Positions 25,974 to 33,675 of a DNA stretch of 34,637 bases are shown one piece after another. Both the position numbers and the translations under genes were made by a program. How positions within the stretch are numbered: the first letter of the stretch is position 1; the number at the start of each line of letters is the position of its first letter. A model generated the notes under the pieces. The model had not been told where the DNA came from. It did not search any database and was given only the letters and a program-made list of their open reading frames with translations. The stretch lies in the IMG/VR virus record IMGVR_UViG_3300045988_104090. One strand, written 5' to 3'. This stretch comes from a virus.

Positions 25974-26065
25974 TTGCCACACCCTTTATTTTGATATTCA
26001 AACACCATTTCCGTTTTAGTAGCGTTAATCATAATAATGCTATGATATGCTGGAGATTTATTGGT

Positions 26066-26305
26066 TTACCCACAACAATTTTGCAAAATATACGAAGCGC
26101 TCATAATGCGAGAATAATTCTTTACAATAACCGGCATCTCTTCAATAAATCTAGAAAATTGTTCGTTAGTTAGACTTTGCATGAATTTTATTTGTTTTTC
26201 TTCAAATTCATTTCTTGCCTTGCGTGCCTCATTTATTGTTTTGTATGAACCATAGCACCCTACGTTATCACTACCATTGCATTCTATTAATACTACCGTA
26301 TACAT
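26066..26305 (-). CDS. 79-aa hypothetical protein
   Basis: ORF in operon context. No motif was recognised. Confidence 0.5.
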   Translation of the reverse strand: MYTVVLIECNGSDNVGCYGSYKTINEARKARNEFEEKQIKFMQSLTNEQFSRFIEEMPVIVKNYSRIMSASYILQNCCG

Positions 26306-26466
26306 TTATTGCTACCCATTTATCCCTTTCCATTCATCTAACGTAAATATCACTTTTTCATTTTTTACCATGCTAACCGCTCTATTTCTCTATATCTGAT
26401 CAATTCTATTCAATAAACCAAACACCTCGTCACTTTTAGCACCTTTTATTAATGCCTGTTTCATTA

Positions 26467-26706
26467 TTAACCCTTTACTATGCCCCATATGTTCGTTTCA
26501 CCACTCATTGAATGTGCATCGTATTCAAGCAGCCACTTCAAACAATGCCGCCCGTGCTTAAATTTATCCGGCTTATTTCTAGGCCCCGAACTTGCATAAG
26601 TTACCGCTTCAACCCATTCACAATGCGCTTCGTATGTATACCACGGATACATAAGACAATAGGCTTTTATGTATTGTTGTTTACGCTTTCTTTGTGCTAA
26701 TTCCAT
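26467..26706 (-). CDS. 79-aa hypothetical protein (Cys/His/Trp-rich)
   Basis: ORF in operon context. Confidence 0.5.
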   Translation of the reverse strand: MELAQRKRKQQYIKAYCLMYPWYTYEAHCEWVEAVTYASSGPRNKPDKFKHGRHCLKWLLEYDAHSMSGETNIWGIVKG

Positions 26707-26728
26707 AATTCCCCTTTCACTTTATAAC

Positions 26729-27181
26729 TCACCGATTAACCCACTTCATACAACCAATCCTCAAATAGTTAATAACTTCACTTTCATTTAATGCCTTTAC
26801 ATCTTTGCGCTTCTTTGCTCTTTTAATATATCTGGCATCTTCTCTTTTATTATTAGATATATTGACCACTATTAATCCCGCATCACCTAATAGTCTTTCT
26901 ATTTCATCTTTATGGTCTTCATACAGGTCTTGTGGTACTGCATAATACAAATAGCCTACATGTAAATGATCATGGTATCTTTTCTTCTTAAAATCTGCTC
27001 TGAAATCTTGAATGCTTACCTTGATTTCTATTTCAGTAACAACTCTTGCTTTAAGATTGAAGTAGATTAAATCTGCTTCATATTCCCCTTTCCCATCGCC
27101 ATGCATTGTTATATTAGGAATAGTTATATTCTTTAAGAATAAATGCTTTCCCAACGCATATTGAATATCCTGTTCAGTCAT
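26729..27181 (-). CDS. PD-(D/E)XK nuclease-fold protein (MmcB-like)
   Basis: YEADLIYFN...VTEIEIKVS fits a D...E-x-K nuclease core. The 150-aa size is similar to MmcB-family proteins. Confidence 0.4.
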   Translation of the reverse strand: MTEQDIQYALGKHLFLKNITIPNITMHGDGKGEYEADLIYFNLKARVVTEIEIKVSIQDFRADFKKKRYHDHLHVGYLYYAVPQDLYEDHKDEIERLLGDAGLIVVNISNNKREDARYIKRAKKRKDVKALNESEVINYLRIGCMKWVNR

Positions 27182-27185
27182 ACAT

Positions 27186-27422
27186 TCACTCTCCTATTAT
27201 TTCCTCAACCTCAATCACGCAAGATGTCGGGAAAATGTAAATGTTGCGTTTTGTATTTTCATCAACAAACCGTATTACATCATCTCCATAAACTGCCGCC
27301 ATTACATCGCCATAAAAGGCATCAATTTCATTTTTATGTAACGGTAAATTTTCATAACTCTTTGTTATGTATACATTTATAGAACCACTACTATAAACTT
27401 TAATTTTCAACATTTTTACCAC
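27186..27422 (-). CDS. 78-aa hypothetical protein
   Basis: ORF in operon context. Confidence 0.5.
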   Translation of the reverse strand: MVKMLKIKVYSSGSINVYITKSYENLPLHKNEIDAFYGDVMAAVYGDDVIRFVDENTKRNIYIFPTSCVIEVEEIIGE

Positions 27423-27425
27423 CTC

Positions 27426-27818
27426 TTAAAACGGAACGTTTTCATCGCCGCCTTTATCATCTGCAAAATTGTCAAAATTACTTTCGGTTGCCGTATCATT
27501 CAATGCGGATACACCAACAAAACCGGCTATAACTTCCGTAACATATTTCTTTTGTCCGTTGCTATCTTCGTAAGAGCGGGTTTGAATGCGCCCCTCTACA
27601 AACAAACGATTTCCTTTGCGGTAATTTCCTACTGCTTCGCCTAGTTTTCCCCAAGCCACACAGTTGATGAAAGCAGTCTGTTCTTTCGTTTCATTTGTAG
27701 CACTATCAATGTATGTATTAGTTGCTGCTACTGTGAAAGTTGCCACCGCACGTCCAGATTGCGTATATCGTACTTCCGGATCACGTGCAAGATTACCTAA
27801 TAACTGAACACTATTCAT
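27426..27818 (-). CDS. ssb: single-stranded DNA-binding protein
   Basis: MNSVQLLGNLARDPEVRYTQSGRAVATFTVA forms an OB-fold N-terminus, and the acidic C-terminal tip is DENVPF. Confidence 0.9.
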   Translation of the reverse strand: MNSVQLLGNLARDPEVRYTQSGRAVATFTVAATNTYIDSATNETKEQTAFINCVAWGKLGEAVGNYRKGNRLFVEGRIQTRSYEDSNGQKKYVTEVIAGFVGVSALNDTATESNFDNFADDKGGDENVPF

Positions 27819-27931
27819 ATATCTACCTCTCTATTTTCTAATCCTATAGAGTAAATCTAAACGATATACCGTTTTTGCTATTTTGCCCTTAGGATTTAAC
27901 ATTAAACCTTTAAAACTTCCATATATCGCAT

Positions 27932-28168
27932 TTAAACGATTTTTGACATTTGAAATAGTTCGTCTAACGTATAATCACACTGCAATGCATCGTTTAACGC
28001 CGCTTGAATTGCCAACATTTCGGATAGTCTAAACTCAAATTCACCTCGCTCATGCTTTTTATAGGTTTCAACAGGTATTCCGGCAATTTCCGCTAATTCA
28101 CGTTGACTCATTAACAATCGCTTTCTACATTCGATTAACTTTGGAAATACATTGTATTTACAGTTCAT
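27932..28168 (-). CDS. 78-aa XRE-family HTH protein
   Basis: RKRLLMSQRELAEIAGIPVETYKKHERGE matches the HTH_XRE pattern. Confidence 0.65.
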   Translation of the reverse strand: MNCKYNVFPKLIECRKRLLMSQRELAEIAGIPVETYKKHERGEFEFRLSEMLAIQAALNDALQCDYTLDELFQMSKIV

Positions 28169-28830
28169 TTCAGCACTCCTAGAATTTTTGCTTTATATTC
28201 TTCCGCTATATCAGCCTTTTCAACCAACCCTTTTAAGTCAATCGGTTCAAACCTTTCAACTTCAACTAAATGCCCATTATCAAGCATTTTAATTTCTGTT
28301 TGAGGTGGCATATTGAGTTCTGCCCTTTTCCGTGCTTCCGATAACAAGCCATTACTTTTGATGCTTTCCGCAATTTCCATACGTTTTTCTTCACGCTTTA
28401 CCAGTTGCTCATAAGCCTTACAGAATTGGCTCATTGCCGCGCTTTCGTTATAGCTTTGGCAATTTCTCGGATCAAAGAAACGCCATATTGTTTTAGCAGC
28501 AAGCCTTGTAATGCCTTCAAGTTCATTAAGACCTTTTTCATACCCAAAACTACTAGCAACCTTCCTGACTTCTTCCCATGCATCTTGCGCTATTAAGCGC
28601 TCGTTTTTACAATTCACGTATCCAGAAATTTCCGCCGCTTTCTTGCGAATGGTTGCAACGGACGGAAGAAACTCACATGTATTAATGCATTGCTTGATTG
28701 CTTCGGCCAATGTTACAGGATTAATATCCTCTAACATAAATGCGTACATTTTTGTTTTTGCTACATCAATATTCGGATATATCAATAATTGGCCCGTAGC
28801 CGTCAACGTTTTCGCGTTCGGTTCCCTCAT
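28165..28830 (-). CDS. replication protein, G39P-like helicase loader family
   Basis: AFMLEDINPVTLAEAIKQCINTCEFLPSVATIRKKAAEI resembles the G39P loader N-domain. A good RBS (AAAGGGG) precedes the ATG at 28830, although it overlaps the upstream gene by 65 nt. Confidence 0.45.
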   Translation of the reverse strand: MREPNAKTLTATGQLLIYPNIDVAKTKMYAFMLEDINPVTLAEAIKQCINTCEFLPSVATIRKKAAEISGYVNCKNERLIAQDAWEEVRKVASSFGYEKGLNELEGITRLAAKTIWRFFDPRNCQSYNESAAMSQFCKAYEQLVKREEKRMEIAESIKSNGLLSEARKRAELNMPPQTEIKMLDNGHLVEVERFEPIDLKGLVEKADIAEEYKAKILGVLK

Positions 28831-29635
28831 CTGTTCCCCTTTCTACCGCATCAATCAATGCGTTAAGTTCTGCAACCTTTCGTTCTGTATCCGTCATTGC
28901 TGCCATTTCATTTGAATTGAGATATGTATCAAAATGGCTTGGCGCAAATAGAGTTTTAGGCGTTAAGTATTTCTCCAACTTTGTACCTTTCCACTCACGG
29001 CATTTTTTATCAATCACCGTTTTAAAATCATCAACGGTATAGCCTTCTTTTAAGCGTGATCGTATCGCTTGGATATATGGTTTTGTTGTTGGCTTAAATT
29101 TTGAACCGGTTTTCATATTCAAGTATTCGATAATTTCAAGATGAGAATTCGCCACATCGTCATGTGAAACATGACATATTATTTCTTTTCTATTCTCTTC
29201 TTCTCTTATCTTATCTATTCTTATCTGTGTATCCAGATTGTATCCATTTTGTATACATTTTGTATCCATGCAGTTATTATCTGCACTCATCGGCATTTTT
29301 ACCGGTTCATATACCTTGTTTATTAACTCTACTTTTTGCGCTTCCGGCAATTCTGATTTTGAATACCTATCAGATTGAACATAGTTATGTATACGCCAAT
29401 GACGGATAACGATAACACCAGTTTCAAAACCAATAACAAACCCTTTGGCAATAAGTAGTTTCAAATCATCTTCCTTACACCCCGTTATACGCATAATGCT
29501 TTTTGGCGATTGAATAAAGCCGTCATCATCCGCCCTTAATAACAGATGAAAGTATAAGCATTGTGTGCTTTGCGGCATATCTAAAAAATTATCGGTATCA
29601 ATAATTTTCTTCGACATCATTCGCCGTTCTGCCAT
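28766..29635 (-). CDS. phage replisome organizer (N-terminal Phage_rep_org_N, C-terminal conserved phage domain)
   Basis: FLDMPQSTQCLYFHLLLRADDDGF at the N-terminus. C-terminal IIEYLNMKTGSKFKPTTKPYIQAIRSRLKEGYTVDDFKTVIDKKCREWKGT is of the DnaD / Phg_2220_C type. Confidence 0.75.
   Translation of the reverse strand: MAERRMMSKKIIDTDNFLDMPQSTQCLYFHLLLRADDDGFIQSPKSIMRITGCKEDDLKLLIAKGFVIGFETGVIVIRHWRIHNYVQSDRYSKSELPEAQKVELINKVYEPVKMPMSADNNCMDTKCIQNGYNLDTQIRIDKIREEENRKEIICHVSHDDVANSHLEIIEYLNMKTGSKFKPTTKPYIQAIRSRLKEGYTVDDFKTVIDKKCREWKGTKLEKYLTPKTLFAPSHFDTYLNSNEMAAMTDTERKVAELNALIDAVERGTDEGTERENVDGYGPIIDISEY
29228..29268. repeat. four iterons TGTAT(C/A)CA with exact 11-bp phasing (candidate replication origin inside the organizer gene)
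   Basis: Copies start at 29228, 29239, 29250 and 29261. They are immediately preceded by a 53-nt G-free, pyrimidine/A tract (29174-29226). Confidence 0.6.
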
Positions 29636-29889
29636 TGTATCTTTGAATTCCTTTCTTTTAAAATCTCTCTAATCTGTTTCGCATCTGATCCATGCGCTTT
29701 AATATGACAATCTCTACATAAACACGCAAGATTGCTAAGATTAGATAACCCCATTTGCGACCTAAACACTATATGATGCACTTCGGTTGCTTGTGCGCCG
29801 CATAACACACATAACCCCTCATCACGTTCATATGCCCATTTTCTGGTACGGGCGTATAGCGCGTTATCCTGTCTTTTCCTTTTGTTCAT
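29617..29889 (-). CDS. HNH endonuclease
   Basis: CVLCGAQATEVHHIVFRSQ...LACLCRDCHIKAHG matches the HNH / Cys-box pattern. Confidence 0.85.
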   Translation of the reverse strand: MNKRKRQDNALYARTRKWAYERDEGLCVLCGAQATEVHHIVFRSQMGLSNLSNLACLCRDCHIKAHGSDAKQIREILKERNSKIQWQNGE

Positions 29890-30418
29890 ATTCGCCCCAT
29901 TCCATTACAAGTGAGTTGATATAATCATCATTTTCAATCGGTATGTTTAACTGGTTACACTCATCAACAAGTGCATCAATCAAACGCCGCATTTCATCAA
30001 CCGTGTAAACACTGCTTCCGTGATATGCACGAATGATTGAATAACCATCCGTTTTGGCCGGCCCCGCATCTTCTGCATGCCAGCCTAACCCATGACCTTG
30101 CCAAATTTCAATAAAACGCTCAATAGCATCGTTTTTAATTGGTAAATAGGTAAATGTACCACATTCAATCAAAATTCGCTTGTACACGTCATTTTTTGAA
30201 ATATATGCGTGTTTTGAAAGTTCCCGCGCTATCTTATCGCACAATACCCATGCATAGGCGTTGGCATTCAGCGAACGGCGTTTTATTTTCTTTTTGATTT
30301 CGACTATATATTCAACTTCCGGATCTAATTTATTTAATGTTTCATCTTTAGGCGCTGGAATTAAAATGTTATAGCCAATAGATTTTATAACATTAATTCC
30401 TTTTGTTACCCATTTCAT
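29864..30418 (-). CDS. putative HNHc-like nuclease / recombination accessory protein
   Basis: KRRSLNANAYAWVLCDKIA resembles the conserved N-terminal motif of the phage family annotated as putative HNHc nuclease. It is adjacent to ERF. Confidence 0.4.
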   Translation of the reverse strand: MKWVTKGINVIKSIGYNILIPAPKDETLNKLDPEVEYIVEIKKKIKRRSLNANAYAWVLCDKIARELSKHAYISKNDVYKRILIECGTFTYLPIKNDAIERFIEIWQGHGLGWHAEDAGPAKTDGYSIIRAYHGSSVYTVDEMRRLIDALVDECNQLNIPIENDDYINSLVMEWGEYEQKEKTG

Positions 30419-31113
30419 TAAATGCGATCTCCAGCATCTTCATGTTCAAGTTCTTGGTCTGCATTATCGTATAATGTAAAGCCTTTTTTCTCTTTATCTT
30501 GTCCGTAGTTTTTTATCCACTTTAACGCCGCCACCATTTCAAATTCATCTAGCATGCCAACACGTGGCTTTTTGAATTCGGCTGCTACATACTTTGTAAT
30601 TTCTACCGGTGGTACATTTTTTTCTTTTTGTATTTTTAGAAATTCATTATAACCGGCAACGTGTTTTTCTTTTGGTTTTGTTGTTTGTGTTGGCGTTGAT
30701 GCTTGTTTTTTGTTTTGTGAATTATCCATAAAGTCAGCATCTTTTGTATCATCAATACAGAACAGGCCATTTAACGCATATTTTCGCGCATAAGAAGAAG
30801 CAGAACCAGTAATTTGGCTTTCATCCATGCCTTTTTTATCAAAACTTTCACGGGCAAATGCAGTTGTTGTGATTTCATCTTTACCGTCTGTAATTTTTGC
30901 AATACTTTTGATGTAATAACGTTCGCCAATCATTACGATTTCATCACTTAACAACGGTACAACATCATGTTTCGCACATAACGGCTTAACCGCTTCAAGA
31001 ATATCTTCACAATTTCTATAGTTATAACCACCGAATTTATTAAACTGGCTTTTAGGTGCCTTTAGTTCCGCTTGTATTTCGATTAATTTTTGTTGTAATG
31101 TTTTTGCTGCCAT
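30418..31113 (-). CDS. erf: ERF-family single-strand annealing recombinase
   Basis: KFGGYNYRNCEDILEAVKPLCAKHDV and SYARKYALNGLF are ERF-superfamily hallmarks. Confidence 0.7.
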   Translation of the reverse strand: MAAKTLQQKLIEIQAELKAPKSQFNKFGGYNYRNCEDILEAVKPLCAKHDVVPLLSDEIVMIGERYYIKSIAKITDGKDEITTTAFARESFDKKGMDESQITGSASSYARKYALNGLFCIDDTKDADFMDNSQNKKQASTPTQTTKPKEKHVAGYNEFLKIQKEKNVPPVEITKYVAAEFKKPRVGMLDEFEMVAALKWIKNYGQDKEKKGFTLYDNADQELEHEDAGDRI

Positions 31114-31121
31114 GCGATCAC

Positions 31122-31610
31122 CTACTTAATATAGAAATTTTGATTTACTTTAATTTCTGCACCTTCTACCGTTTCTCCGGCTTTAATAGCTTTCTTAATA
31201 GCCGTTTTATCGGCCTTAATTTCAACCTTTGTGTAATCCGCTGGGATTACATCAAGATTTGTAATTTCAACGCTTTCAGATTTTCTGTAACCAGCTTTAA
31301 AAGTACCAACTTCTAATTTTTCAATGCCTTTTTGCTTCATTGAATATTCGATATTATTTTTTAGGGTTTCAATGGTGCTTTCTTTTGATTTTTTTACCTT
31401 ATTCAATCTATCAATTTCGGCCTTAATACCTTGAATATCAGCTTCAACATTAACCATGTATTTAGCCGTGTTTTCTATTTTTTCTTCAATGCTGCAATCA
31501 AGCATTTCCAATGTATCTTGAATTGCTTGAATTTCTTCTTCCGTTTCTGCCGCTTCAAGCATTGCGGATAATTCTGCATAATCTTTATTTAATTCGTAAA
31601 TACTAGCCAT
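31122..31610 (-). CDS. Siphovirus Gp157-family protein
   Basis: IYELNKDYAELSAMLEAAETEEEIQAIQDTLEMLDCSIEEKIENTAKY is followed by a coiled coil, typical of the Sipho_Gp157 family. Stop codon is TAG. Confidence 0.65.
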   Translation of the reverse strand: MASIYELNKDYAELSAMLEAAETEEEIQAIQDTLEMLDCSIEEKIENTAKYMVNVEADIQGIKAEIDRLNKVKKSKESTIETLKNNIEYSMKQKGIEKLEVGTFKAGYRKSESVEITNLDVIPADYTKVEIKADKTAIKKAIKAGETVEGAEIKVNQNFYIK

Positions 31611-31611
31611 T

Positions 31612-31875
31612 TTAGATTTCCCTTTCTAACATTTCTAACACTTCTCTATAATCATTAATTGTTTTTTCATTTGCTACGTAAGTATCTGGAAATTCTTCAA
31701 ACGCGAATTTTACATATCTATTATCTCTAATCGCGCACACATAATACTTAATTCCACTTCCAAAAGAACTTAGTGAAAAAGTGATGCACACGTAAATATT
31801 TTCATCGACCGCTTTAATTTTTTCTTTAATTACATCGAATTTATCCAAACACGCAAGCATTTCTACTTTATCCAT
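31612..31875 (-). CDS. 87-aa hypothetical protein
   Basis: ORF in operon context. Confidence 0.5.
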   Translation of the reverse strand: MDKVEMLACLDKFDVIKEKIKAVDENIYVCITFSLSSFGSGIKYYVCAIRDNRYVKFAFEEFPDTYVANEKTINDYREVLEMLEREI

Positions 31876-31919
31876 ATTTTCACCTTGCCACCCTAACGCA
31901 CATATGATAATATGCGGTT

Positions 31920-31990
31920 AAGATGCTTTAATAACTCACTTTTCGCATCTGCCCTTTGGTAACTGCAATTACTAAAGGGCCTTTTTTATT
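31920..31990 (+). ncRNA. candidate antisense small RNA of about 70 nt (OOP-like), running from a predicted promoter to an intrinsic terminator
   Basis: Promoter TTGCCA (31885-31890), 17 nt, then TAATAT (31908-31913). The terminator has a 12-bp stem spanning 31951-31980 (one G-U pair, 6-nt loop), followed by CTTTTTTATTT. No plus-strand ORF lies here. Confidence 0.45.
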
Positions 31991-32136
31991 TCGTCAATGT
32001 AGATGCCGCCATATAATAGTGCTACGCCTAATAACCCTTGTAATACCGCTTCGTATAACGTGATATTATCAAGCTCTAAGCTGCCCGGCGTGCCTATCAA
32101 CAAGATCGCACCTATAACTTTAAAAACCGTTGTCAT
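31972..32136 (-). CDS. 54-aa hydrophobic (two-TM-like) peptide
   Basis: Below the ORF-track cutoff. RBS AGGAG lies 7 nt upstream, and the ATG overlaps the upstream TGA (ATGA). Translation is MTTVFKVIGAILLIGTPGSLELDNITLYEAVLQGLLGVALLYGGIYIDEIKKAL. The TAG stop is directly followed by TAA. Confidence 0.6.
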   Translation of the reverse strand: MTTVFKVIGAILLIGTPGSLELDNITLYEAVLQGLLGVALLYGGIYIDEIKKAL

Positions 32137-32426
32137 TCTAATTCTCCTGTAATCACTAGCATTTGGCTGGTGATTTTTCTTATTTCACCTCTTAGATACC
32201 GATTTTCTGATTGCAAGCGTTCGTTTTCTGCTTGTAACTGTTTATATCTGACAATGTTAAACTCCGTTGTCAGTCCCGCTAATTTCTCAACCTCATTCCG
32301 GTTGAATTTCACGCCGGGTATCGGTAACTGGTGTAACTTGCCGTCATTTCTGAGGTTATAGACTGCTGTTTCTGATATTGACAGTAACGCAGCAACCTCT
32401 TTAACTGTGTAAACTAATTTTTCCAT
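32133..32426 (-). CDS. excisionase-like / MerR-type HTH DNA-binding protein with a C-terminal coiled coil
   Basis: YTVKEVAALLSISETAVYNLRNDGKLHQLPIPGVKFNRNEV matches the Xis-type HTH_17 pattern. The C-terminus has a heptad-like QAENERLQSENRYLRGEIRK. Confidence 0.55.
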   Translation of the reverse strand: MEKLVYTVKEVAALLSISETAVYNLRNDGKLHQLPIPGVKFNRNEVEKLAGLTTEFNIVRYKQLQAENERLQSENRYLRGEIRKITSQMLVITGELE

Positions 32427-32451
32427 AGAATTCGTTCATACATTCTCCTTT

Positions 32452-32634
32452 TTATAAAAAATAATCAACCGTTACACCGAAATAATCGGCAATTTTTTTT
32501 AGCGTATCTACGCTAGGTTTTGAACGACCTTTTTTGTAGTCAGTCATTGCCGCTGTAGAAATGCCCGTAGCTTTACTTAATGCATATGCAGTTATGCCAT
32601 GCTTTTTTAAAAGCTTTTCGATTTTCTCATACAT
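32452..32634 (-). CDS. Cro-like HTH regulator (60 aa)
   Basis: An XRE HTH (ITAYALSKATGISTAAMTDYKKGRSKP), divergent from the repressor gene and the first gene of the early operon. Confidence 0.75.
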   Translation of the reverse strand: MYEKIEKLLKKHGITAYALSKATGISTAAMTDYKKGRSKPSVDTLKKIADYFGVTVDYFL

Positions 32635-32805
32635 CTTGCTATATCACCTCGATTCTGATATATTAAAAATAACTAATATTTCTTAGCTAATTTTTACGTG
32701 ATTTATAATCTCGTTTTCGTTAGCTATCTCGCAATTTCATAATATTATGTTTTTGCGAGAATGTCCAATTAAACGTTTATAAAATTTCTTAAAAGAGATT
32801 AAATC
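32635..32805. promoter_or_regulatory. divergent early/lysogeny promoter-operator region
   Basis: A 171-nt AT-rich spacer between divergent HTH genes. It holds the inverted repeat TCTCGCAA (32727-32734) / TTGCGAGA (32753-32760). It also holds TTAGCTAA (32683-32690) and TTAGCTAT (32720-32727), a TATAAT at 32704-32709 and TATAAA at 32778-32783. Confidence 0.6.
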
Positions 32806-33183
32806 ATGGGTAACAAAAACATATATAGCAAGATAGAAGCTCTATTGAATCAACATAATATTAGTGCGTACAGACTTTCTAAAGATACTGGAATTTCAAC
32901 GGCATCGCTTACAGATTGGAAAAAGGGGCGCTCAAACCCTAAAGCAGATAAAATACAAATCATAGCGGATTATTTTAACGTTCCTATCTCGTATTTTTTA
33001 GATAGCACTGATCAAACAAAAGAGGTACCACCTATTAAAAGTGATACCTTAAATGTTGACTTCAAAAATGTGAAAGTGATGTTCTATGGGGATTATGAAC
33101 TTACTGAGCAAGAGAAGAAAATGGTTGAAAATGTGATTAAAGGGGTTATTTCATCACGTAAAGATGAAAGGAATAGAAAATAA
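32806..33183 (+). CDS. CI-like / ImmR-like phage repressor (XRE HTH plus C-terminal extension)
   Basis: The N-terminal HTH is about 60 percent identical to the Cro-like protein. The gene is followed by an ImmA-type protease gene. Confidence 0.75.
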   Translation: MGNKNIYSKIEALLNQHNISAYRLSKDTGISTASLTDWKKGRSNPKADKIQIIADYFNVPISYFLDSTDQTKEVPPIKSDTLNVDFKNVKVMFYGDYELTEQEKKMVENVIKGVISSRKDERNRK

Positions 33184-33200
33184 TTTTATAGGGGTGTAGT

Positions 33201-33653
33201 ATGAAACGAATGTATCCTATTGTGTTAGATATTATTAAAGAAAATCGGTCAAATGATCCGGATGTTATTGCTAAGAATTTACGCATTAGTGTTCACTATA
33301 GATCACTACCAAAGCATTTAAAAGGGTTATTAATAAAGACACCGTTTTCAAAAGATATTGTTATCAACTCAAAAATAGATATAAATCATAAAAAGGTTGC
33401 TTTAGCACATGAATTAGGTCATGTCATATTACATAAAGGCGGATATAACTTATTTGATATTGACCTATTAACTGATAGGGATAAAAAAGAAAAAGAATAT
33501 CAAGCAAATAAATTCGCTTTTTTATTAGTCGCGCATACCTGTTTAAGAAATTCACCAAAAATGATTGATAGTATTCGTAATGAAAAAGAGTTGACTTTTA
33601 ACGATACGATAGAATTGCTTAGAATATTTGAACGCACTGGGTGTTATATTTAA
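33201..33653 (+). CDS. immA: ImmA/IrrE-family metallo-endopeptidase (anti-repressor protease)
   Basis: VALAHELGHVILH provides the HExxH motif. The 150-aa gene is encoded directly downstream of the repressor. Confidence 0.75.
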   Translation: MKRMYPIVLDIIKENRSNDPDVIAKNLRISVHYRSLPKHLKGLLIKTPFSKDIVINSKIDINHKKVALAHELGHVILHKGGYNLFDIDLLTDRDKKEKEYQANKFAFLLVAHTCLRNSPKMIDSIRNEKELTFNDTIELLRIFERTGCYI

Positions 33654-33675
33654 TAATCAAAGGAGATGATTGTTA

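Noticed and set aside
25983-26065. 20-codon minus-strand ORF (MINATKTEMVFEYQNKGCGK) in the 83-nt gap
   Set aside because: It has no RBS, is too short, and overlaps the RBS/start of the next gene. It is most likely non-coding spacer.
28766-28830. The 65-nt overlap between the replisome organizer and the loader gene as a programmed frameshift site
   Set aside because: A good RBS (AAAGGGG) and ATG at 28830 explain the overlap as ordinary independent initiation. No slippery heptamer was seen.
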